From: Macrostomum lignano
Lineage: Eukaryota
Direction of reading: 5' to 3'
DNA: 58,540 bases
Assembly (NCBI GenBank): GCA_002269645.1
Contig: NIVC01004137.1
Coordinates: 1 to 58,540 of the forward strand
Under the pieces are notes generated by a model that worked only from the letters and a program-made list of their open reading frames with translations, was not told the DNA's origin and did no database searches. Numbering within the stretch: the first letter of the stretch is position 1; every line of letters starts with the position of its first letter. The translations under genes and the position numbers were made by a program. Of the stretch, positions 23,861 through 37,037 are shown in pieces.

Positions 23861-24100
23861 ATGGCGCCACCAATTCCTGTAGCAGATCGCCAGCGGCTGA
23901 TTGATGCGATTGAACAAGGGTCATCCATCGCAGGAGCTGCAAGAATCATGCAAATCAAGAAAACAGCCGCATTCCGAATCGCTGCCAACTTTCGAATCGA
24001 AGGCAGAGTGGAATCCCTTCCTCGCGGTGGTCCGGAAAGAAGGATTGAACAAGGCCAATCAGGAAATGAAAGAATTCATTGGGAGCTGCAGAGAGCTGTC
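23861..24100 (+). mobile_element. Remnant of a Tc1/IS630-like transposase N-terminal HTH
   Basis: DRQRLIDAIEQGSSIAGAARIMQIKKTAAFRIAANFRIEGRVESLPRGG resembles the HTH + PRGG start of Tc1-type transposases; the frame breaks afterwards and no DDE region is seen. Confidence 0.5.
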
Positions 24101-25729
24101 AGACGCACTTCGGCAGGTGCCTGCAGCAACAGTTTTGAGTTACAATTTTGTTTTGCTTCCGGTAACGGACGTACACTTTGTTCACTTTTAAATATTCCAG
24201 TCGTCCTGAGGGATATAAGAAATACTTTAAATTGGGCGGATATGGCTTTTCCCTATTTTGATTGTCCAATTCCAAATTCTATGGTTGTGTATTCCCAAGC
24301 AGCCAGATCGAGTCTGTAGCCTGTCTTGAAGGTCTATGGAGTCCCGTTTTATGGTCTCAATTCCGATTTAGATCGTCAAAAGCAATTAATATACATGTAT
24401 ACTACTGACGTTTAACACAATGTTACATGTTCTGTACAACTGTACATATGTACCTGAAAACATGCTAACCCTAGATGACATTGGCTTGGGGTTTCTTACA
24501 AGATCTGACTTGAACTGCGCCCTAAGTTCTTGCAAGAGCTCAGCAGATCTTCGCCATTGAAATACATAGTCAATTCTTACCAGATCTTCTGAACAGATCA
24601 TGCAAGATCTTCGGGCCAGATCTGCTAAGATGACACAGGATCATGCAAGTTCTTGAGGCCATATCTTCCAAGAAGATACAAGATTAGTCAAGATCTGATA
24701 AGGCATAGAAGATGAATGTCTATAGCACGCAATGCGCGTGCAGTACCTCTATGGTGCATACATAATCAAAATTTTAAGACTCGGGAACTCGGGAAGTTAC
24801 CTGAAGAAAAAAGTAATATAAACAAAAGAACATTTTTCTCTGCATTTTATTATTGGGTGAATTATTGTGGCACTATTGGGCAATTCCCTATTTAAACATT
24901 TTTACTATTTAATTTTTATTTATAATTTACATACAGAGAGCATATAGTATTTACAAAAGCATGAACACAAAAACATAAAGGCGTAATGAAGTAGCAAACA
25001 CAGCAAAATACAATAAAATTCCATTGCAAAAATTATAGCAAATTATAATTAAATTGCAATCTCGACAAGCATGCGATATAAACTAAATTATAAACATTTT
25101 CCTTAAAAATGTTGCTAAAACAAATCTTTACAAAATTAAGCTATCATACATATATAGTCATTGGCTCATTTCTTTTATAGCTAACACAAAATTTAGAAAG
25201 TAAAAATTCACAATCAAATTGCAATTCGTCCAATTTAATATTTAAAGTATTCTACTGTAAGTAGAAAGTATAACATTTGAGTAAAATTGCAATAATTGCA
25301 AGTGAATTGCACAGCAAATTGCAATTTAATTAATTTTGTGGAAATAAAATTACAATTACGACAATTATATAAATTTCATGGCAATATTTCTAATTTCATC
25401 CCAATCCGGGTGTCTTGGAGGGGAGGGAACGGCACATCTTAAGAGCAAATTGCTTCTGCAAGAATAAGTGTTGAACAAATTTCTCTAAAATCAGAGTAAC
25501 TATAGTAACTTTTGCTCGTCGAAATTTCCGTTTTGCCATATTGCATTACCAACCGTTTCTTTCTGTTAATTTGATGCCAGTTAGTTAAAAAAACCCATTC
25601 TGATATAGCTGCATTAAAAACTGTTTACAAAACTGTATTTTGAAAAGTAAACTAGAAAAGTTTTTTAAAGTATTAAGTTTCGCAAATCTGTTCACCAAAG
25701 GCGGCTAGGCATAATGACAGTTAGAGTGC

Positions 25730-25832
25730 AGCTGGGCACCGAAGGCAGCTGGGCACCGAAGGCAGCTGGGCACCAAAGGCAGCTGGGCACCGAAGGCAGC
25801 TGGGCACCGAAGGCAGCTGGGCACCGAAGGCT
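25730..25832. repeat. Minisatellite, 17 bp unit GCAGCTGGGCACCGAAG
   Basis: About 6 copies. Confidence 0.9.
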
Positions 25833-26396
25833 GAGCACCAATGCACAGTAGGCAACGCAGGGCATCTGGCAGGGAAATGAAGATATTTGTGACACTGACA
25901 AGACTAATATTATTCACTTTCTACTTCGAAATTCGGATTTTAGAGCTAAGTAAGCAATATATTAGGTTTTTAAACTACATATTATTTTGCACTTGTAGCT
26001 TGTACTAGTAATACCCAGAGCGGCTGAAGATAGACAAAATTTAATCTAGTAAGCAAAATAAAAATGTACTCATAATCAGAGAACGAAAAAACGACACGAA
26101 TGTGTAGGCGCGCTGCCTGCTTACCTGCTAGGGTTGCTCATACTGCTGGGGCTGCCGTGTCGCCGCAGTGCTCATGCATACTGTGTGCACCTGCCAAGGG
26201 GGGCGCAAAGTTGGGTATGAAGTTCTGTAGATATTGGGTTTAATATTGGTTGTAAGTTCTGTAGATTCTTACTGACATCTAAAGTTATTACAGACCGAAT
26301 GGATCAAATTCAAGATAGTGTTAATGTACTAATTACGAAAAAATATACTTTGGTTTTACACAGAAGTAAAAAAACACGCGCAAATAAATGGGCTAC

Positions 26397-26849
26397 CTAA
26401 TTGTGTTCGCAGCAGCTCAGAATCGGCACAAGGTAGACCTGGTTATCATCGGCCACCAGCAAGCACTTTAGGAAATCCAAACCAATTGGAACAGGAAAGT
26501 CGTCGCATCCAAAACTGTCTTCGTACTGCTGCCGTGAACAACAAAACATATTATTCTTTTTTACTGATAAAATCGGAGAAATTCTGACAGACTGGGTCCC
26601 GTGATCAATGCTCTTGATGACTCCTACAGATTCGCTAGAATAATTCACGATGAAGCTGATGCACGTTCCTTTCCGAGCATTATCATAGGTATGGAACACC
26701 TGCATTCCATTGGAGAAAGAATTCTTACAACTTTTTTTACCATCACGATTTTTGCTTAAAATATTTAGCGGCTGGTGAAGCCTGTGCTGATGCATGAAAG
26801 GGCGCAAAATAGCTTGCAAACAGAATTGGTTATCTCCCAAAAGGCTCAA
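26397..26849 (-). pseudogene. Degenerate ORF inside the CMC-like element, possibly the C-terminal part of its transposase
   Basis: 150-aa open frame in AT-rich context ending YLVPILSCCEHN; upstream GT-AG intron-like signals; no diagnostic DDE motif recognised. Confidence 0.3.
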
Positions 26850-29800
26850 CCGATTTTCATTGTTTCTTCAAAATACTAAAAATGATATACAAAAATGGCT
26901 CTTCACCACACTTTTATTATTGATTCCAATGAGTGACTAACAGACAAAACTAATGCTTACCTTTTGCCAGGCAGCTTTCTTGGACACAGAACTAAAATGG
27001 AATTATATTGGATTGCCAGTTAGACTTAGTAAGCTATTACTTTTGGGATATACTTATATTCTACCAGTTTTAGTATAATCCTTAACTTGATGATTGTTAA
27101 AGAATAAAGCATTGGAGATGTGATTTATAATTCAATACAGCAGCCTGAGCAGTGATAGGCAATGACTAGTTGATAAAAGTTATCTTGAAAAGATAATTTT
27201 TTTAAAATAAAAAACATTAAACATTTAAACTTAAACTCAAGAAACTAACTTTCTTGATAACAAAAAACTCCAATTTTTCAAAAAATAGCTCTTTTCTGGC
27301 TAACTTGTCCATTACTGCAAATATGGAAAGATAATAGTAGAAAAGGGACAAAGGCTAGCATAGCAAGCCTTTGTTAGCAAAATAACAAGGTGTTTATTAA
27401 TATGTTGTTGACCACAAAGTCATTACCAAAAACACTATAAAAATATTTTCCAAGGTACACTATCATAAAAATATACATAAATAATGAATACAAAGTCTAA
27501 AGTAATTTAAGTAAACAACCTAGCCCTACATTATAAGCTACCATTATATTTAAAAACTTAAGGACCAGACTAAAGACAAATGCATATATATAACCATTTT
27601 AACAACATATTAAAAATATTTGCATAACTTACCTTGGAAAACATAACATTATTGAGACAAGGCCTCACTATAGGAATTGGTTTTGTTGTACCATAACAAA
27701 ACAAACACATTTTGCTGCCTTTGCCTTTCCAAGCCAAAGTAATCCTGGCTTGCTGGTCTGCGTAGCCTTTTAGCCCTTGGACTTTGGCTTGAATGATCAC
27801 CAGTTTCCATATTCTTTCTAAATTAAATAGAAAATTTGCACCTGGAAATTTAAGTTTAGACTTCAGATTAAAATATAATTGTGATCAAAAAAATTATTAC
27901 TGAGTTTGAAGAATATTTTATAAAGATACTCATAATCATGACTACTATTATGCATATTTCATAAGCTTAAGGACTAAGGGTAATATGCTTATAAACATGC
28001 ATTTTCTATTTAAATCATGACCTCATGATCTCTGGATAATCTTTATAATCCATGATCTTACTTAGCTAGCTTATGGATTAGACCAGTATACTATCTATAC
28101 TATATACATAGTCTATATATAGCATTGTCTAAATAGTGTATTACTAATAATAACAGCAAACAAAATCAAACATAATATAATTATCAATGAACCATGTAGT
28201 TTAAAGTTAGAAACACCCACTTTTCAGAGTATGGCCCAGTGGCAAATATAGAGCCGCAACCAAAAATTTTTTTTCATACTTTTTGGGGTATAGGACCAAG
28301 ACTGCCACACAAAGACTGCCATACTTGGGGGAGCTAGGGGGAGGAATTTGGCTTGCCATGTTATTGGATGATGCTGAGAAAGGGTAAGATGGAGAGAGCC
28401 AATAAGACAAGGCTACAAGAAAGAAACTAGTAAATGGGCCAAGTGGGTAAATAAGCCAGGCTCCTCATTTTTTTTATTCAATTTGAATTGTAAAGGAACT
28501 ATAAGATAGGCCTAGGCGTATTGTTAAAATTGCCTTGGTTGACTTGCAACCATTTTGGGCCACTTATTTGCCTTATTAGTAACCAATCTTAGGATATTTC
28601 CTCTTATCTAACTCTATAACCCATCACAACCAATATGGCAATAGCAATGCAGGAAGATAATAGCTCCCCCTCAGTGTCAATTCCATTAGCCAGTTAGAGC
28701 TGTGGCAGTCTTGGTGTATGGCAGTCTTGGTCATGAGCCCTTTTTTGGTCTACAACTATAATTATGCCAGGTCTATTAAGTAGGCCTATTTTCCAATATT
28801 GGGTTGTAGTGTTTGGTATAGCTTGGCCCCTTTCTTAAAAGTTTTCTAGATCTGCACTTGGTATGGCCTTTTATAAAATAGAATAAACTAGAGTCTAAGT
28901 AAGGGAAGGGCCTATTTATTCATAGCTCAATAGGCCTAACAGACAATATCAGTTATAGGGTGTATAGTACCATTGTCTGATTATAGAATAGGGTAGGCCT
29001 ACCCATGGCCATGACCCATGAGTCATAGGAAGGGGGAATAGGTTATTTATGGGTAGGCCTACCCTATGGCCTACCTGTCCCTTGGCCTTGGTTAGTAGAG
29101 AAGTTAATGAATAATAGGTAAATAGCTAAATAACTGGATATTATATATAATTTATAAGTTGAAAGACCTTATTTTTTCATTCAAACAATAACATTATACC
29201 TATGGACATGTTGTCTGATATAATTTGTCAGTTGTCATGGCTTTTTCATCATTTTGACATTGCCATTATTATTGCATTAGCCTAAGAATGATGGAATATA
29301 TGAGAGACAAGTTAGACCTAACCTCTAAACTTTAAAGGTATTCTACCTAATTCCTAATGATCCTTACCGATTTAAAGATTAAATCTAAAGCACATTTTGG
29401 TATATATGCGAAAGATTCAATCAACTGATACTATTTTTAGATGGACAACAAGTCAATAATTGCAGATAAGGAGAGGCACGTTTTTCATTACTTTGTTCAT
29501 ACCTATCTTACTAGCTAAGGTATAACAAAAAATTTTTCATTGCGATGAAGTCTTTAACCGTTATTCCCTTTTATTTATTGAAAGGAAAATCTAATGTATA
29601 AAAGTGAGTAACTTGTTTCGGCAACATATATTTAAACATATGTATGTTTAATTTCAAACCTTGTAAAGTAAGATCTGACACGAAGCAGCATATTTTGTTC
29701 CATATCTTGCATGAAAAAGCAGATATGACTGACGCAATTAATGACACTTTAAGCTTAACTGAAGCGTGTTTTTATGTTTGTTACTGTCATATTATTTCTT

Positions 29801-32800
29801 TCTATACATTCCTGATACTCCACACTCATTTGGATAAGAAATTTATGCACTTATTGTGAGCAGATACTAGCCGCATCTGGCAAGATATTACAAGACATAG
29901 CAGATGCTAAGATCTGTTAAGAAATGAAAGTTAAAAACAGATCTGCTACGCGGGTGTGAACAGATTGTCATCTAGGGAATATTAATTATAACAACAACAG
30001 AGAAAATCCTTTCAAAGACTTATCAAAAAAACTGGGAGCGTCTCTGTCGCTAAGCTGGACACGAATATATGCATGTAAAACGCGTTTGCATGTTACATTG
30101 GTATTACGTATATGACGACGTGTCTGCATGCCAGAGCGCGCAGAGAATTGCCAACGAATAGAAAAAACAGGTAAATGTACACCAAGGACGCAGGATCTCA
30201 GCAGCAAGCCACGGCGCTACGAATTGTGAATTCGCTTGTCACCGACCTTAGGCAGGGAGCATATATGCATACAGCGCATGCCAGCTGCTCCCACTCTCCC
30301 AAGTAATGAACGTATTTGTAAGTCAAGGCTAATTAATACTGGGGGGAATTACTGAGTAGTCCAGCAGGCTGCTGGGGGGGGGGGTTGCTGAGATGTCAAC
30401 GCTTATTACTGGGGGGAATTGCGAGTAGATGTCAAGTCTGGGGGAATTGGCCAAGGCTTTACTGGGAGTAAGCTGATCATGATACTTATAATTGTTTGTC
30501 GAGGCTTCCTGGGGGAATTTCTAAGATGTCAAGGCGTACTGGGGAAGTTGTTGAGATGTTAAGGCTTATCGGGGGATTCGCTTTTCAAGGCGTCAAGGCT
30601 AATAGGATTACATTTATAATTTTTGCCCCTTACTTATTGCATGGGCACCCCAAACCCGAAACGGGACACTACATTGCAGATTGCTAGTATCTCATACTAG
30701 CTATAGTACTCGTATTTTAAAACATCATTTAAAATACGAGTTTAAAATACTTCTACTGCTTTCAGTCTTTCATGAAGCTTAAGCGTCATGAAAATGTAGA
30801 TGTAAACCAAAAATCAAGAAAAAACAAGCAATATTTCAGTAAATGGTAAAAATGCATAAAATTAGTGTTATTTATTCAATAAAACGAGAAGACAAAACTG
30901 TATTATACTATTTTTTACAATAAATTTGTTTTACTTTTACAAAGTTTCTGGGAAATTTAGTGCCAAGTTTGAATCCGTAAAATTCAATAGCGAGCCGGCC
31001 GACCTGCGTGCATGTTTTAGTAAGAGCTTGCAGTTAAAGTAAGCCACTAGCTCACTTACGGCATTCGGCACGGTTTTCCTTTTTTTATTCGCAGACGTTG
31101 TCTAAATAAAAAAAACTAAAAATCACTGCAATATCAATAATATTATACTCTGCACTCTGCAGATAATGCATAATTATTACAAAACTTTAAGAAGGCTGAT
31201 ACGATGCTAACCATAAGTAAGAAATGAAGTTATTTACCTTGACATTTGTTTTTTTTTCGATTCCATAGCTAGGTGGCTAGGCCTATCGTATTTTTAACAA
31301 CAAGAAATATTTTCCTGCAAATAGGCCTAGGTCGACTCGAAGTATAGGCCTAGGGCATCATCTTTTCGTAGATTTAAGAAGGATCTAGCCATCGATGACA
31401 ATGGGTTGAAAAATCAACATTTGAATTCAGCCGTGAGCCTAGAATTGGCCCCCCAGGCCCCTCCCACACTAGAGTGTTTATCCAATTAAGTTGCAATTGG
31501 GTTTCCATACACTTTGGACTTGGTGCCTGCCTGCCTGGCATTTTGTGGAAGGTTGCGGAATACCATATTGTGGAAGGTTTTCTGTGTACGCTGAACACAT
31601 TTTCATAGAATTTTCAATTGTATGCCAACAAATTTTAAATGTATGCCAACTTTCTTCAACGCCAAATGTACACCAAAAAGAATTGAATATTTAAATTTAA
31701 ATTTAAATTACAAAAAATGATATGACATGACAATTGTCGTGCAATTCTGGTAATTAAAATGATTAGTAAATGAGAAAATAGTAGTAGGAAAAATAGTTTT
31801 TGAAATAACTTAACACAGAAAAATGCATGAAAAAAATTCTTTATATTAATTTGTACTCGTGTAGGCCCTATGTCACACTGTACACCACACTGTACACAGC
31901 CAAGAAATGTATGCTGGTGTATGCCACAGAACTCAAGTGTACACCAGAAAATTCTGGCATACACCCCTCCTTCCGCAATATAGATTTTATAGTGCCCCAG
32001 ATTGCTTTTTGCTACCCCAGTTTATTGTTTATAATGCTAAAATAATAAATAAAAGTAATTATATAGCAAAGAATGATAAACACTTTACAAAATATTTAAA
32101 TTTTATATTACTAATAAAAGTAGTGTCTACTTTGTTAAACTAGCATATTTTTTTAATTTTAAAAAATCTAGTCAATTTATTTGCATGCATTTGCTATCTA
32201 TAACTGACTATATCCTATATATATATATATATATATATATAAATACAAGGCCATACTTAGCAAACATACTATGTAGACTTAGGCCCTAGGCCTAGATATA
32301 AATAAAGTCCATTAATAGGCCTAGTGTTCCACCATAAGAAGGGTCCATGTACTATAGCCATAGCTATAAGCAAAACTATGGCTTATTCCAATTCTCTGTA
32401 TTCCATAGCTGTAAGGACTCCAATATTACCATATTCCCATAGCAATAGCTATAGCCGTAGCCATAGTTTTAACAACGATTCTTGGAAATAAAGTCCTTTG
32501 AATTAGGAAGGTATAAGCCCGGTACTTAAATAACTGCAAGGGTTGTTTAAAAGACTGCAAAGAAAAACATTTTTTGCAAAAAAACTCAGCAAACTAGCAG
32601 TGTCAAACGTGAAAGTTTTGTTACCAACATTACAAAAACATGCATAAAAGCAGAAGAAACATTTATTTGCTATATTTTATTTATTTATATTAAAAACCAT
32701 GATTCCAAATTAATTAACAATAATCCAATAAAGGAATTTTTTTTAATAAAAAAAAAATATATACAATACAATGAGCATACTAGCACCTAGTGAACTTTTT

Positions 32801-33717
32801 TTCTATAGTAATATATTAAACTATAAAGTGTATTTGTTAATATGTTCATAGTTGATTACACCAAGTGATTTTAACTCCAAAACACCAAAATACCAAAATC
32901 AATTTCTAATTAATTAGCCATTAGGTGAAAAGAAACTGACCCTATTCACATGGATTAGAGTTGAAATTTGCTAGTGTTTTTTAAATTTTGTAAATCATGA
33001 TACACTTTACTAAAGTATCTTTGTTTTACTTTACCTGTTTCTAATATTTTTAAAAAAATTTTAAATTTTTAACTATGGGCATGGCTATGGGAATCTATGG
33101 AATGTGACAACAACTACCATATTTCTATAGTCATACCCATAAGAGCAGCTATCTACCATAGGGTAGGCATATCCATAGCTGCCATAGGCACCTATTTTAC
33201 CATATTTGCTGTAGGATCCCATAGCCGTAGCTATGGCTATGGCGGAACACTATCCATTAATGACATTATACATAGTTTTGATTAAAATCTATATGACTAG
33301 TCTATTCTCTATTTTAGTATTGATTTCTTGAATCACATGATCCTGTTTTAATTCTTAAGAAATTGAATCAAGAGAAAAAATAAAATGAAACAAAACCTTT
33401 TTTTAAATGAGTCTTAGTAAATAAGACAATATTTTTAAATTATTAATATTAGTTTTAATTATTAAAAGACTAGGTTAGCTTAACATTTAACAAACATTGC
33501 TAAATTAGGAATAAATTTATATAATATAGGCCCTATATATATTTGTGGGTTCCTGGACATTTTGGTGACAAGACATTTTGGTGATAGCCTTTTTGGTGAC
33601 AATTTGGTAGATGCTGATTCAAGTGTGATGCTCACCTGGAGCATACCTTTTGGTCTGTACCATCCTATAGCATTAGTGTATAGAGTTAAACAGGCCCTAG
33701 CCATCTTTTAATTATAC

Positions 33718-34149
33718 ATGGACAAGCTGCTTCTGAATTTGGATGGCATCGTGTCATATCAAGACAATATTTTGGTATGGGGTGAAGACAAGATCATGCA
33801 CAACACAAGACTCACTAATGTTCAGAACATTTTGAGAAAGAATGGACTTCACATCAACAAGGAAAAAAGCATTTTCAATCAACTAGCAATCAAATTCCTG
33901 GGTTACAAAATAAATGTGAAAGGAGTAAGACCCATACCAAAGAAGGCAAAAGCAATTGCTAGGATGGAGGAACCCAAGGACGTTAAAACACTGCAATCAT
34001 TCATTGGAATGGTAGAGTTCTACAGCAGGTATATACCAAACCTAATGACTATCAAAGAGCCACTTACAAATCTAACTCACTCTAGAGTATGCTGGGCATG
34101 GGGAAAGCATGAAAGTGATACCTTTAACATGAATCATGTTGCAGCTTAA
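33718..34149 (+). mobile_element. Ty3/gypsy LTR-retrotransposon pol fragment (RT C-terminus/connection)
   Basis: YQDNILVWG (YxDD degenerate), H..RL..V...L..NGL.IN..K..F, KFLGY, P.D.K.LQSFIGMV.FY.RYIPN, W.W. Confidence 0.85.
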
Positions 34150-35171
34150 ACATCAGTGCAAGGAACCTGATAGGTTTCACTACTCAAAGCTGAGCATGCC
34201 AGACGTTGGCTAATGGTTACTTGGTAATCTGTGTACATGGTGCACAACTGGGCCATTCCATATAATTATAGTCGTAACATGACAGACTATTTTTACTTAT
34301 AAAATGAAATCTAATAATAGAATATTATATATATACATATATATACTTATATACTTATCAAGGTAAATAAACAATATATAAGTTTTTTTTTCATCAACTA
34401 GCAGCAGGCTGCAATCTTATAATTTTGTTAATTGAAACAGTATAGTAGCTATAGGTCTATGGCTATAGTTTGTGCATATTTATAAAATTTTGTTCAAATT
34501 TGACTAAGCTATATGTTGCATATCTGGTCCAAGTAGGGCAGGTGTGCTAATCTACCAATTATATAGGTATTTACAGTTATAATAAAAATTTAAAGATCAT
34601 ATAATGATAGTTCAAATTTCAAGTTTTTGAATGTCCTAAATATCTAATTTATTAGTAAACCTACATATAGCCCAGTATATTATCCTAGTATATAGCCCAA
34701 ATATTAATGACAAAATAAGTATTAGTTCAATTTTGAACAAATGTTACAAATTAGAAATTATATAACAAACATATATACAATTTTAGTCTGTGAAAAGATA
34801 GATCTTTTATATTGAGTTTACTATTTACTATTTAAGTACAATTCATTTTTTAAGTTGCCATTAAAGATTAATGAGAAATGAATACAAAAGTTGTTGAATT
34901 TGCAATTTTGACCTTAGCTAGTACCATTGATAATAATTTATTGCTTACATTAAGTTCACACGAAAATAACAGTCATATTAGTTTAAAAAATGAGTTGTTT
35001 TTTATTTAAATTTATAAAGTAATGGCATTGGAAGGCATTAATTATTAGATTATTTTTTAATGTAGATGTCATATCAATTGATACACGAAAAAGTAAACTA
35101 GGGTATAGAAAATTATGCTATTAAAAAGTCGCATTCCTAGCAAGTGAATTGGGGGGCAAACTGCATTTCAG

Positions 35172-35693
35172 TCTACGCCAGTGCACCAACCGCAGACTGC
35201 TGCTCCTCAGCAGCAAGCAGCCACTCCGTCGACTACACCAACTCCCACACCGCCTCAGACGCCTCATCTGCAGAATCAGCAGCAGCAGCAGCCTCGTACT
35301 GCTGTCAGAATCAATCTGCATCCGGATTCGGCGGCCACCCCAGCCGGAGGCGGCGGCGGAGGCGGCAGTTCCATCTCGTCAAATAAGCGACCCCTGCGCC
35401 AGTGGTCTGTGGAAGAAGTGGCCGACTGGCTGTCCAGGCGTGGCGGCCCAGTGTGCGGCAAATATGTTGCAAGATTTCGCGAGCACCAGATCTCCGGTTT
35501 GGCACTGCCGTTGTTGAACAATGCCAGACTGCTGCTTATGGGTGTGAACTCTTCATCGGAGCGGGACGAACTGATGCGGCATATTATGCGACTGCGATTG
35601 AAATATGCTTCTATAGAGCTGCAGCAGGTCAGCGATATTGCTAAGTCTGGATCGGCGCAAACTGGCAGGCCGATTATCCGGCATCACACTTGA
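35172..35693 (+). CDS. Small SAM-domain protein, aveugle/SAMD10/SAMD12-like (likely terminal exon; start codon not resolved)
   Basis: WSVEEVADWLSR...YVARFREHQISGLALPLL...LLLMGV...ERDELMRHIMRLRLK; in-frame acceptor TTTCAG| before 35172; AATAAA at ~35787. Confidence 0.75.
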   Translation, partial: STPVHQPQTAAPQQQAATPSTTPTPTPPQTPHLQNQQQQQPRTAVRINLHPDSAATPAGGGGGGGSSISSNKRPLRQWSVEEVADWLSRRGGPVCGKYVARFREHQISGLALPLLNNARLLLMGVNSSSERDELMRHIMRLRLKYASIELQQVSDIAKSGSAQTGRPIIRHHT

Positions 35694-35984
35694 GCTCGCT
35701 TAGACTGTTGCGGTTTTGTGCATTTTCTTCACCTGCCAGGATGAAAAAAAACTTTAGTTTGATAAGCTTACAACTTTGTATCGTTCAATAAATAATAAGT
35801 CTTAGTCATTTTTATTATAATATACAAGGACTTCTTAAGTAGAAGGACGGGATAATACGTTTCTTGGAAAACTTGAGGTTTTTACCGAAAAAGTACACTG
35901 CCGGAGATGGAAGATTCTGCCTGTTTTGATAGCAGGTGAACCCAATGTTCATATATGTTCAATATGTTCAATGTAATCATACAT

Positions 35985-36140
35985 GCGCAACCTTGGGAAT
36001 CACCCGGCCGTTTCTATTGGCAACGCATACATGTAAGTCGCTATTGGCTGAGAGCAGTCACGTGACTACTATTCCGTCCAATAGCGACTTACATGTGTGT
36101 GTTGCCAATAGAAACGGCCGGGTGAATCCCAAGGTTGCGC
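35985..36140. other. 156-bp foldback/hairpin: 63-bp arms (3 mismatches), 30-nt loop containing the palindrome AGTCACGTGACT
   Basis: 35985-36047 is the reverse complement of 36078-36140 except at three positions. Confidence 0.95.
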
Positions 36141-36624
36141 CCAAGCATGTGTGTGGAGTCTGAGGGTTTAAGCTGAGAGGGGGGGGGTAGTAAGAGCCAA
36201 TAAATGTCTTGTCATAAAAAATACATACATGTAGTAAAAATACATCAGCAAATGTGCTGAGTGGCCTATCTAATCAGTCTAGTATCTGTTATCTCACTTT
36301 CCTAATGTACTTTAATATTGTACTTTAATCATAAGTTGTAATTACAACCTAATAAGTTAACTCCTTAGTATTGTTGTGTTATTGTATGGAGCGTTACTTA
36401 AGCGTTATTTGATTCAATTGATTATGACATTTTCTCAATGGATTCGAAATATACGAACCAATAAAGTTATTAAATGTGTTTTTTGTTTTAATGTTTCTAT
36501 TGCCAGCGTTGAGAATTTTACTACATACAAAGTAAATTCTATGACTGTGATTGTAAGTAAAATATACTTTGCAATGAAATCATGTAGAGTGATTAAATTC
36601 CTCACAATTGAGCACATTTGTCTC

Positions 36625-36790
36625 AGCATCATTCCCCCCGGGCATCATTCCTTCTCAGCATCATTCCCCTCTCAGCATCATTCCCCTCTCCGCATCATTC
36701 CCCTCTCAGCATCATTCCCCCCTCAGCATCATTCCCCCTCAGCATCATTCCCCTCTCAGCATCATTCCTTACTCGGCATCATTCCCCTCC
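36625..36790. repeat. Minisatellite, ~17-18 bp unit CAGCATCATTCCCCCCT
   Basis: Tandem copies visible. Confidence 0.9.
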
Positions 36791-37037
36791 GCAACATTTT
36801 CTTAGCAACGCCCCCCTTAACATAATCTTTGAGCATCATTTTTCTCAACATCAATCCGCAATAGTCAGCCGATATATTTTATTATATATATTAGTAACTG
36901 ATGTCAGTATTATAACTCTTCTGTTTCAGCAGTCTAAACAACCCGGATCGCATACTTGATGGTGACACTCCACGGATTGGCCTTCATTCAGCTGGTCTAG
37001 TAAAGGGTTTTGATTGATTAGTAAATCAAATAAATTA

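Larger units (their letters stand above)
24469..29977. mobile_element. Putative CMC (CACTA/EnSpm-like) DNA transposon, 5.5 kb, degenerate
   Basis: 12-bp TIR CCCTAGATGACA (24469-24480) / TGTCATCTAGGG (29966-29977); flanked by AA on both sides (2-bp TSD); AAGAT/AGATCT subterminal repeats at both ends; internal degenerate, intron-like ORFs on the minus strand. Confidence 0.65.
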
